DNA of 64,000 bases from Asterias rubens (taxonomy: Eukaryota): the NCBI RefSeq assembly GCF_902459465.1, contig NC_047072.1, positions 8,618,001 through 8,682,000 on the forward strand, in the 5' to 3' direction. The position numbers and the translations under genes were made by a program. This document shows positions 22,794 to 34,193 of this stretch, one piece after another; position 1 is the stretch's first letter, and the number at the start of each line of letters is the position of its first letter. The notes under the pieces are model-generated. The model made no database searches. It was not told where the DNA came from and saw only the letters and a list, made by a program, of their open reading frames with translations.

Positions 22794-25700
22794 ATGGGTG
22801 CAAAATTTCGACTTTATGTGCTGAGTTTGATCTTGTCTCTGGCACCAATCGTGTGTCTGACATCAGCCTACGATCTGACCATTTTACACACTAACGATGT
22901 CCACGCTCACTTCGAACAGTTCGATAAGTACAGCACTCGGTGCGACGATGATGAGTCAGCGAACGGGCAGTGCTTCGGCGGGGTAGCCAGGACGGTCACC
23001 AAGGTCCGGCAAATACGCTCCGAGGTGGACAACGTGGTGCTGCTGGATGCCGGTGATCAGTTCCAGGGGACACCGTGGTTCAGCTTTTACAAGGGGAAGG
23101 CGACCTCACATTTCATGAATGTCATCGGTTATGAAGTCATGGTTTGTATTTGTATACATTTTACGTTATTTTTTTAATATATATATTTTTTTCTTCTTTA
23201 AACACTAGTGTTTGTTTTGGGGGCGGGGTGTCCACCCCCTCTGGTTACGGGCCTGCTCTTTACAATGATCTTTGCGTCTTAATTGTCTATTGATACTACA
23301 TTAAATACTCCTTGCTTTATGAAAAGAGATCATGCAGAGACCATCGTTTTCACGTCGGGTGGACCTCGCGTTCGTAAAAGATTGAGAGTGGCAGTGGTGG
23401 TGTATTGATTGGGTGCCCTTACATGAAACTCTATCAATTTATTACTTTTGGTACACTCTTAAAAAGAAGTGTAACAACTTGCTGAGTAAATGTGCTGGGT
23501 ACGAAAGTTGAGTACCTTCTTACGCAATGTTGGGCTACGAGGCGATTTGGCTAGTGCCCTCGATAAGGTAATTTGTACCTTTTTAAGTTGCATAACAAAA
23601 ATCGCCAGTGAAAGCAACTTATGTGTACAAAAACACATTTTCCTCGCCACAGGGTCAAGTTTACCTTGCGACGTACCAAAAACAAGCCGGACATGCTCTT
23701 TTTGTGGTAAAATGTTGCACGTAATTGGGTAAATTGCTCCTCGTGGAAACCATTTTACCCATAATGCAAAGTGCACATTACACTCATTCATTCATTCAAA
23801 CTGATATTTAATGACTTGTATTGTGGCTGTTAACCTTGTTGTTTTTGACCGGACGTATCGCACAAGTCGCAGGCACAAGTCATAATCAAAGATGGATGGG
23901 GTGGACACAATTCTGATGTTGCAGGTCGTTGATGTCTGATGTTTATGGTAGTTAGTCTGTCTGAGGAACAACAGTCTGTTGTGAAGGGAGAAATGCATCA
24001 ACAGGAAAGACGCGGATAGTAGCTTCATTAATTTCGTCAATAACAGGTCTGGCAAAACCAACCGGCTCTTTTCAGAGCCAACACCGCTTCTAAAAAGAGA
24101 TTGTTACATATAGTCTGCTCGCAAGACTTTTGTGTTCGTGTTTCACCCCCTGAATGTACACAAACTCTCCGGTCATTTTAGGCAAGATGATTATTAGGAT
24201 GTGTTCACCATAGATTAATCGGAAATTATACTGTCCAGTCCAATTCAATATGGCTTTTTAAATTTGTATTAGGGTCCGTGTTTGCTGTCAAAATGCACTA
24301 CTTCTTTTTCACTCAACACTTGGGGTTATGGTGCTCAACAACTGAGTAAATGGGTAGTCGAATGTTGGGTACATTTTGACACAACAAATTGGGTAAGACA
24401 TTTGACGCATAGTAGGGTAGCCGTTTTACACAGAAATTGAGTAAATTAGGATGCAACGTCTGTTGCGTAGCGTTTTACCCTCCAAACGACCATGTTCCCT
24501 TTTGAACACCACAAAGAGTAACATTTTACGCAACATTGGGTGATTATTTCTTAGAGCGTAAAAGGCTTGCTGTTTGTATACGAAATTCCGACCGCACACG
24601 GAAACAAAATTCGATGTCCATTGTACGTCACCAGCGAAAATGTTCTTAAAACATGTTTATGAAAGAAATGGATAATTATATTACTCAGGAGGTCAAGTTT
24701 GAGCTGACTGAACACATTCAGCGTCTACTTGCTGAGGGAAAACAGCAAACAACTGTCAGGCCACACTCTAAGAAAAAAATACCCAATGTTGCGTAAAATT
24801 GTACTCTTTGTGGTGTTCAAAGGGAACATGGTCGTTTGGAGGGTAAAACGCTACGCAACAGGGGTTGCGTTGTAATTTACTCAATTTCTGTGTAAAACGG
24901 CTACCCAACTATGCGTCAAATTTCTTACCCAACTTTGTTGTGTCAAAATGTACCCAAAAATCGACTACCCATTTACTCAGTAGTTGAGCACCATAACCCC
25001 TAGTGTTAAGTAAAAAAGAAGTAATGCATTTTTGCAGCATACACGGAGACTAATAAAACATTTAAAAAAAGGCAATATACATTGAGTTGGACTGGACAGT
25101 ATAATTTCCGATTAATCTATGGTGATCACAACCTAATAATCACCTTGCATAAAACGACCGGAGAGTTTGTGTTCATTCAGGGGTTGAAACACGAACACAA
25201 AAGTCTTGCGAGCAGACTACATGTAACAATCTCTTTTTAGAAGCGGTGTTGGCTCTGAAAAGAGCCGGTTGGTTTTGCCAGACCTGTTATTGACGAAATT
25301 GTTGAAGCTACTATCCGCGTCTTTCCTGGTGATGTATTTCTCTCGTCAACAGACTGTTGTTCCTCAAACAGACTAACTACCATAAAGCCAAAATTCTCTC
25401 TGACAACCGTGGTTAAATGAACATCAGACATCAACGACCTGCAACATCAGAATTACGTCCACCCCATCCATCTTTGATTATGACTTGTGCCATGCGACTT
25501 GTACGATACGTCCGTGTGTGTGTAATGTGCACTTTGCATTATGGGTAAAATGGTTTCCACGAGGAGCAGTTTACACAATTACGTGCAACATTTTACCACA
25601 AAAAGAGCATTTTTTAGTACGTCGCAAGGTAAACTTGACCCTGTGGCGAGGAAAATGTGTTTTTGTACACATAAGTTGCTTTCACTGGCTAATTTTTTTA

Positions 25701-28700
25701 TGCAACTTAAAAAGGTACAAGTTACCTTCTCGAGGGCACTAGCCAAATCGCCTCGTTGCCCAACATTGCGTAAGTGGGTACTCAAATTTCGTACCCAGCA
25801 CATTTACTCAGCAAGTTTTTACACTTCTTTTTAAGAGTGCACTAGAGAGTACTTCACACCAAACCATGACTTCATATTAAAGTGTCAGTGCAGTTGACCT
25901 CCATTGGTTGAATCTGTTGGGTCTGGTCCAAAAAGTATTTAGCACTGTCAAAGGCAGTGGACACTATTGGTAATTACTCAAAATAATTATGAGCATAAAA
26001 CCTTTAATTTGTAACTAGTATTAGGAAGAGGGTTGTGACAATAAAACATTGTCACAAACGGCTCTCTCTGAAGTGGTGTAGTTTTCGAGAAAGGTGTAAT
26101 TTTCAACGTATTTGATTCCGAGAACTCAAGTTTATCTGAAAGTACACAACTTCGTGTGACAAGGGTTATTTTTCTTTAATAGTTATCTCGCAACTCCGAC
26201 GACCAATCGAGCTCAAACTGTCACAGGTTTGTTATTTCATGTGCTTGTTGAGATACACAAAGTGAGAACTGGATTTTGACAATTACCATTTATGTCCACT
26301 GCCTTTAAACGTGCATGACACTTTAGAATAGACATTCTTTTCATGAAAGGTCTGATCAAACGAAGCTGTAAAAACCACTCTGATAAAGATAGGACCATTT
26401 AAGCGGCGAATGATGGTTTAAATTTGTATTCCTCTCAAAACAGTCTAAACTGTGGGGCGGGAGGGAAGCATGCACTGGGCTAAAGTGTTCAAAAAGATGA
26501 AGTGCATGGACACATCAGTGCCAAAACTTGAGTGTATAATTATAATGGGTGACATTTTGGCTCTTTGTGAAATCAACCTCTCCTCTTAAACATTGACTGT
26601 TGCAAATGGCCCATTTGACTCGCCCAAATTGCAGGAAATGGTTTTAAGTTCGCGTTGTCCTTTTGATGAAGACACCCACACTTAGTGAGCAACCGTGACA
26701 GTGAATACAAATAATAAATACCCTAATTTACTCAATCCTCACAGGCCTTCGGAAACCATGAGTTCGACAACGGACCCGAAGGGCTGACAACGTTTCTGAA
26801 CGACCTAGACGCCCAGGTGGTTTGCGCCAACATGGACGCCAGCAACGAACCGGCAATAGACGGACTGTTCACCAAGAGCACGGTGCTGGCGGTCGGCGGG
26901 GAAATGATTGGAATTGTCGGGTACACTCTCTCTAGAATACGCGAGCTGTCCACGACTGGTGAGATGAATATAATAACAATCGCACGAGAGGACGATTTCA
27001 TTGTCCACATTAAATTCATGCCTTTTAATTTTCTAACTGAAAAACCCTTTATGTATTGTTGGTTTGAAACTCACTCTACCATCAGCAAAAGGGTCAATTT
27101 GTGTTTGATTTCATTGTCAACTTTTGTTGACACCAAAATTACCTTTTCCAGAATATGCACAAGTGTTTTAAAGGAACACGTTGCCTTGGATCGGTCGTGT
27201 TGGTCCTTGAAAAGCGTTTGTAGCCGTTTGTTATAAAATGCATATGGGTAGAAAGATGTTGTAAAGTTAGAATACAACGATCCACACAAACATGCCTCTA
27301 AATTGCACGGTTTTCCTTTTACCTCGTCGACTAACACGACGGTCGGCCATTTATGGAAGTCAAATTTTCGACTCCCATAAGTGTCCGACCGTGTTAGTTC
27401 GCACAGTACAACGAAAGCCACGCAATTTCGAGGCAAATTTGTGTGGATCATTGTAATCTACTTTTAAAACATATTTCCAACCATATGCATTTTATAAAAA
27501 ACGCTAGACAAACTCGTTCGATCCACGGCAACGTGTCCCTTTAATTGGCAGTTAAAACACAAACAAAATGGTAGGTTTATTGAAACCAAGCCATGGACAA
27601 CTGTTTATGAGTATTGTTTTGCTTGTTTTATGCAATGATCGGTCTCCAGTCAGTGTATTAATATCAAGTTTTATTTTTACTAAAAAGCTATGATAAACAC
27701 TTTGTATTTACCGAAAGTATATGTAGGTTAGACTCTCGCAGAACGGCATTTATACACCTAGGCGTAGAGAAGCAAATTGTTCCAACCGGTCTGCATGCAG
27801 CCAGTAGACCGAAAACACTTATTAGTTTATTACTCGTTAAATTTGCAGCACAGATGTAACCCTTTAAATTCTACCATCGGCAAACATGCCTGACTGACAT
27901 GGTCTATGAACCTTTATACAGTATGACTCACGGACTGGAATCTCCAGTTAGAAAACACTTTCAGTGTGAACAGTCTCTTCAACATAAAGAAAATGAAATC
28001 ACATTACAAACGAGATACAATGTTTCCCAACGGTCTAGTGGCTGCAGCGGCACATCATAGCATTCCTGTAAATCTAACAAAGGTGGAGCTTTGCAGGCTG
28101 ATTAAGCACGAAATGAGTGTTATTCTTACCTATACTTTCAAACAGTTGGGTCTTTGGTGTTCATGGATGAGGTATCCTCCATCCAAGCAGAGGTTGACCG
28201 ACTCATAGCGGTAGAGGGAGTCAACAAGATAATCGCTTTGGGTCACTCTGGCTTTGAGGTAGATCTGAAGATCGCCCGGCAAGTTCGTGGTATGGATATC
28301 GTGGTTGGGGGCCATTCAAACACCTTCATGTATACTGGTAAGAAAATAGATACTTTAATACTTAAGTAAGCCAGTTTTTCTCACACTCTTCAGTCTCCTG
28401 ACGATGAATAGAGCAAGTTAGTCGAAACATTGAGACCAACATTCAATTCAATTCAATTAATTTTAATTCAATTCAATTAAACATTTTATTGGGTATTGCC
28501 CTCACGTGGTAAAATACATAATTGGTGAAACCTATAAAGAGTAGCGAACGTTATTTAGGGAATAACAGTGCGAGTACGTACCCGGAGTAGTAACAAGTAC
28601 CAGCCAATGCAACGCGCGACACAATGCAACGCGCAAGGTTTACACAATGTATGCTGATTTAGGGGCCACTTATTCGCTATTTTCCAAAGCCGGTCTTTAT

Positions 28701-31700
28701 ACCGACCGTTAAACACTCCCCCACGTGACCGGTTTTGACCAATCAGTGACTTGAAATCGTCCAAGGTATTTATTAATAACAATGCAGGTGGGCAAACATA
28801 GGATTGGGTGAAGCCTTGGCTCTTGTACACTAACCTATGGACAGACTAACACTGCATATAAGACTCACAGACAAAGACAATGGACAGACGAACACATAAT
28901 AGGTGTACCAACAAAATACCAAAAAGAGAGTCATCATTGAATTAACTCATAATATTAAAGTAATGTAACTATTGAACTATAAAGTTATATTGATTATGCA
29001 TTAAGTAGTAATTTCATTATTTTTTTGGAAAAAAAAGGAGTAAACATAAACTCACTCCGTGGTATAGTGAGGTGAGGTGAGAGAAATTTTCCCTTCGATC
29101 CACGAAAGCGCTAGTTCTAACAGTTATAACAACCCGAGAATTAGTATGTTAATGAGAAATATCGAAGGTTTCTGCCTGCAAGTTCACTCACTTAGTAAAG
29201 TGAAATCAGACACAGCGATCTTCGAATCAATCACATGGAATTGTCAGTATTTTTCAAAAACTGCTTTGAAACGAGGGGGGAAAGGAATTTTCACATATTC
29301 ACCTCCTGGTGAATATCGACGTTATATTATTAATACAACATGCATGCAAAACGTCAAAACGTTACTGGTACATGTTTGGGTTTATCTGAACAGGGGACCC
29401 ACCAGGAGCCGAGATACCAAGTGGTGTCTATCCAACAGTCGTGCATCCTGACGCCGATCCAACCGCCAATGTACTTGTAGTGCAAGATTACAAACTGGGA
29501 AAGTATCTCGGGCGCCTGGACGTGACGTTTGACGATGAAGGCAATGTCATTGGCTGGGGAGGAAACCCAATTCTCATTGACAAAGACATAGAAGAAGGTA
29601 AAAGTCTAAAGTTGGTGTTCCCTGATTGGGTGCCCATCTTTAATGGAGTCACATGTAACATATTCACGGGTATTTCCACCATTTTTACTATTCTACATTG
29701 CTCCTAGTTGAAAAAGGCCAACATATAATGACGTCCATTTTTAAATCAAAAAGAGCGGCTGAAGGTGACATAACAAAAATGGTTCCTAACTGTTTTCAAA
29801 TCAGCACCCCAAATTTAAAAAAAAAAAAATCCTAGCTGGATCCAAATATTTGACATTATGGACCTGTGATCATCAGACTCGAATTCCTTACGCAACCTAG
29901 ACTTGTGGACAAGTTGTTAATGGTCTGCCGCGGTGAGACAGCCGAGTTGTGGCAGTGCTCTCGCGAGATCACTGCTGTCGCGCGAACTGCTGCTTGCCGA
30001 CGTCTACTCCCCATTTGGACCGTAGCCGTGAGAGCAGTAGTCTCGCGGGGCAACAGTCTCGCGAGAATCCAGGGAAGATTTGGAACGCTATCACCGCGAC
30101 AGACATTTAACGACTTGTCCACAAGTCTATACGCAACCATATTAACGCCATAACTTTATAAAATGACTACACAAATGAATTAGGTTTCCACTGTTCACTA
30201 TAGATGCGGCCGTTCTGGAGGAAATCGAGGCCTGGGGAGAGTCGATTCGTAACTATTCCAACGTATACATCGCATCAACCAATGTCTTCTTGGACGGCAC
30301 GAGCTGTAGGCTGATGGAATGTAACCTGGGCAACCTCGTATCAGACGCTTACCTCAGACATGGCATCCGGGACCTGGTGGATGGAGTCCGGCTGAACGAT
30401 GCCAACATCGCTCTGTTCAACGCCGGAGGTATCAGGAGTCAGCTGCCTGTTGGTAGGTATTGCTCAACACGAGGCAATGAAATGGTCATCGGTATGATAC
30501 TTTAGTCAGTCAAACAAGTGAAAGATGAAGATGAATTTATTCAGACGATCGAAATTTACACCTTGTGAGTAGATAATATTATTTCTTTCATTTGAGTATT
30601 TTGGGTCAAATCCCAACAGTTCTGAAACTTGCTTCAATGAAAAACAAGATGACACTTGGTAATTGCTCGCTGTGCTTTTCGTGACGTACTGTATTTTTCG
30701 AGTATTTTTGTGTATTGTTGAATAACATTTTGCACTGATGCTATGGGAGTTTATTTAGTGGGATACACCCTTTGAGATCGTTATGCAAACGGGGAAGTTC
30801 ACAGCATTACAACGTAAGTTAGACGGTACGAGTTGACTTGGGCACAAGTTGACTAGGGTTCGAGTTGACCGGTTGGGATGACTTTGGATCATATGGTACA
30901 CTAGTCAACTCGTACCCCAGTCAACTAGTACCGGGTCAACCTGTACCAAAGTCAACTCGTACCCAAGTCCACTCGTACCTAGGTGAACTCGTACCAGGTG
31001 AACACGTGTAGAGTGTCATGGCCGAGTGGTTAACAGCATCGAATTCAAGTTCTGGTGCTAAGTCACCAGAGTGTGGAATCGAATCCCGGTCGTGACCTTG
31101 AGCAAGATACTTTACTATAATTGCCTCTCTTCACCCAGGAGTATAAATGGGTACCTGCGGGGGTATAAAGGTTGAAATTGGGAATGAAAAAGCCTTTGGA
31201 GCGATATAAACTGTGCCAAGGTTGTATACTCCCAAGGGAGCTGAGAACATTAAAAAGGGGATGTTATTAGCTCCCTATATGGGCACTAATGAAAGCGCCA
31301 TACGGTTATTGTGAAATGCGCTATATGAGAATTGTTCTTACCAAGGTGAATTCTTACTCAAGTGAGCTCGCATCCAAATGAAGTTTTACCATGGCTTAAA
31401 ACTTCTTTCCGATAATAAAAATGATTTTTGTTTTTCTTTAAAAAAATAATTAGCAACTATCAATAGGCCCTATCATTTGATTTCGTTGGTTGAAGTTGAT
31501 AATATTTAATATAAAAAAATGATCATGGTTATTGAAAGATGTTGAAATGGTATTATGGATGTACGAATTGCACGCAGGTGATATAACAGTCGGTGATGTC
31601 ACGAGTATTCTGCCGTTTGGTAACACAGCCGACCAGATCACACTTAAAGGGAAGCACATACTTGAAGCCTTGGAGCATTCTGTTGCTGAGTACACTATAG

Positions 31701-34193
31701 TGGGAAAACATGGAGAATTCTTACAACATGCAGGTAAGTTTACCTTCTAATAAAAGGGCGTTTTGTGCCAATGCAATCTGTTTGATCTTCTCTAATCAAT
31801 TCAATTCAATGAAACAATTCAATAAAACGTTTATTCCTTACTCTTCACCATCAGCAGCTCTCCAATGCTTGTAGAGTAAGTTTTTATGCTATCAATTATT
31901 TTAAGTATTTACCAATAGTGTCCCTGCCTTTAAAACACCCAGGTCCAGGGTTCGTGTACTTCAAACCAAGGGTCATCACGGATCCCGATCTCATAAAAAT
32001 TACAGTCCCATACATCCAGATGCTTAATCAATAATATTTAGAAACAGATGATAAAACACTAGACCGACCCATGAGCGAATCGTCACAGAGGGCAAACGGA
32101 GCAACCCTCAGAGAAAAAAATACATGCAGCAAAAACGGCAAAGAGTATTGAAAAAACACGCAGGGCATTAGTTGCGACCCTTGAGAGAAAAACATGTGGT
32201 GGTATTTTGCACCAACAGAGTCAGTTAGACAGTTGGTTTGCTCAAATGAAAAGGTCACGGGCTAGGGATATTACTATAAATACACTATGTTTCTAGCAGA
32301 AAAAAACAAACAAAAAACGAGCTATACGTGGCATTATAGTCTTAAAGGCAGTGGACACTATTGATAATTGTCAAAGACCAGTCTTCTCACTTGTTGTATC
32401 TCAACATATGCATAAAATAACAAACCTGTGAAAATTTGAGCTCAATCGGTCATTGAACTTCCGAGATAATAATGAAAGAAAAAATACCCTTGTCACACAA
32501 AGTTGTGTGCGTTTAGATATTTCGAGACCTCAAGTTCAAAACTTGAGGTCTCGAAATCCAATTCGTGGAAAATTACTTCTTTCTCGAAAACTATGGCACT
32601 TCAGAGGGAGCCATTTCTCACAATGTTTTATACCATCAACCTCTTCCCATTACTGGTCACCAAGTAAGGTTTTATGCTACTAATTATTTTGAGTGATTAC
32701 CAATAGTGTCCACTGCCTTTAAAAGGACATACCATGCAATCAAACGTTAACCTGCGGTTAGGGGAAGGATCGGGAATTACTCTGAACAAACCATCACAAA
32801 AAATGACGATTTATCAAAATACGATAATATTATTGTTGAGGGTGTATAAAGAATTGTACAATTAATGTGAAACACAAACGTACTGCATTTTGTATTTAAA
32901 TAAAAAAGTGTCCACAAATTAATGTTCGTTCTTGCCTTGCATTGTGCTTATAATGCACTGACGTCACATACAAATGCATGTCAATAACGCATACAATTAA
33001 TATGCGTCCCCTGAAACACATCATGGAGAATATGACACAAAAAATGGCGCAAGAATTAATTAGGTGACGTCCGCGAGAATTTGATATCAATTTTTATTGA
33101 TTTAACTGTGTACGAGCCTGAACATCTGACATCCACACTTCCAGGCTCGTAAATTTACGTTATGCCAGAGACTGCTTTTGATCCAACATACATAAATCAT
33201 CTAAAAAATTTGATTTTGCATAATTCCACATGACTTTCATGGTTCTAGAGATTCGCAATTAAATCCAACGTACATGTTACACCCTCCCGACCTGTCCTTG
33301 GGACCAGTCTAAAACTGTGTATTTCTTTTCATTGCATGTGTAATAGGCATGTTGGTGACTTTTGACCTATCAAGGACACGCGGTAACCGAGTGGTCTCAG
33401 CTGAAGTGCGGTGTACGGAGTGTGAGGTACCAGAGTTCCATCCATTGGACCCTGAAGCGGAATACAAAGTCATCCTCAGCACATACCTTGTCGACGGTGG
33501 CGATGGCTACACGATGATAACGAATAATACCATTACTCATGATTTTGGTAGGAGCAAGTTAATAATACCCCCCAGCGAAAAACAAAACAAAATAATGAAC
33601 ATATTATTTTTGAGAGTGATAAAAATGAGCTCAAGTTTACCCCACATCATGGAGGAAGAAATCTATTTTCTTCCTTCATGGTTGAATCAGCACATTTTAA
33701 TGATTGCTACAAGGCCGTGTGCACAACTCATCAAGAAGGTCTGTTGTAGACTTGATTCAAGTCCCATTCTCATGTGAGAGGTTCCTATTGCGGCGGTGCG
33801 GCACATGAGTTTTCTGATGTAGGCAATGGGACTGAAAACATAAAGGATTCGGACTTGAGTCAAGCCTAAGTTTTTTTTATAGCGAGATAAACAAAACAAT
33901 TAGCTTCAGACACAGCCATATTTTTGGTTCAAGTCCTGTTCACATTTAGTTTATATTGGGTTTAAGTTTTTCTTTCTTTATTCTTTATTTTAGGTACCCT
34001 TGACATTGATGTGGTAACCGAATATCTGCAGCTCTTGACACCAATGACGGTTGGTCTCGATCGACGAATTACATTACTTGAACCAAAAGATGACGTAAAT
34101 GAATGCAATGCGGGATCAACCAATAAAAGTCATCGTTTAATAGTGCTTTCGGGTCTGCTCTCTCTAGTACTTCACGCTTTCTCGCGCATTTAA
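22794..34193 (+). CDS. NT5E: Ecto-5'-nucleotidase (CD73-like), copy 2; 587 aa; canonical, GPI-anchor-type C-terminus
   Basis: Exons 22794-23141, 26745-26958, 28146-28337, 29394-29597, 30204-30452, 31578-31733, 33347-33547, 33994-34193 (1764 nt, open frame). All metal ligands present, plus NAGGIRS, LPFGN, EFLQ, YLVDGGDGY. Ends NAGSTNKSHR-LIVLSGLLSLVLHAFSRI (small residues, polar spacer, hydrophobic tail). Confidence 0.95.
23454..24558. mobile_element. Non-autonomous CACTA/EnSpm-type element, copy A (1105 bp, TA target duplication)
   Basis: Termini CACTCTTAAAAA and TTTCTTAGAGCG, flanked by TA at 23452-53 and TA at 24559-60; many short subterminal repeats; no transposase. Confidence 0.7.
24764..25839. 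mobile_element. Non-autonomous CACTA/EnSpm-type element, copy B (1076 bp, CA target duplication), inverted relative to copy A
   Basis: Termini CACTCTAAGAAA and TTTTTAAGAGTG, flanked by CA at 24762-63 and CA at 25840-41; aligns in reverse complement to 23454-24558. Confidence 0.7.
25953..26303. mobile_element. AGGCAGTGGACAC MITE (Kolobok/T2-like)
   Basis: AGGCAGTGGACACTATTGGTAATT ... GTCCACTGCCT|TTAA. Confidence 0.7.
27172..27540. mobile_element. TTAA-target MITE, second subfamily (TIR AGG(A/G)ACACGTTGCC(T/G)TGGATCG)
   Basis: TTAA at 27168-71 and 27541-44; 22-bp TIR with 2 mismatches. Confidence 0.75.
28393..28436 (+). ncRNA. Penelope-type minimal hammerhead-ribozyme-like motif (degenerate)
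   Basis: GTCTC-CTGACGA-T-GAATAG/AGCAAG/TTAGTC-GAAA-C-ATT-GAGAC; stem I 5 bp perfect, stem II imperfect. Confidence 0.45.
29898..30129. mobile_element. 232-bp MITE with a perfect 9-bp TSD (MULE- or Merlin-like target size)
   Basis: TIR TAGACTTGTGGACAAG(T)(T/C)GTTAA; TACGCAACC at 29889-29897 and 30130-30138. Confidence 0.8.
30826..30985. repeat. Array of direct and inverted GTCAACTCGTACC subterminal repeats (DNA-transposon derived; relatives at about 52433-52650)
   Basis: GGTACGAGTTGAC-type units followed by GTCAACTCGTACC-type units at about 16-17-bp spacing. Confidence 0.6.
31010..31330 (+). mobile_element. tRNA-Leu-derived SINE
   Basis: Head GGCCGAGTGGTTAA..GAATTCAAGTTCTGG..GAATCGAATCCCGGTC (A and B boxes, tRNA-Leu(CAA)-like); body TTGAGCAAG.CACTT..CACCCAGGAGTATAAATGGGTACC; LINE-like tail GCGCTATAT. 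Confidence 0.7.
32346..32718. mobile_element. Full-length AGGCAGTGGACAC MITE with TTAA TSD (Kolobok/T2-like)
   Basis: TTAA|AGGCAGTGGACACTATTG ... CAATAGTGTCCACTGCCT|TTAA. Confidence 0.8.

Noticed and set aside
23459-25834. Mirror-image ORFs on both strands inside the inverted elements
   Set aside because: By-products of the inverted repeat; no transposase motifs, and the frames differ between copies through indels.
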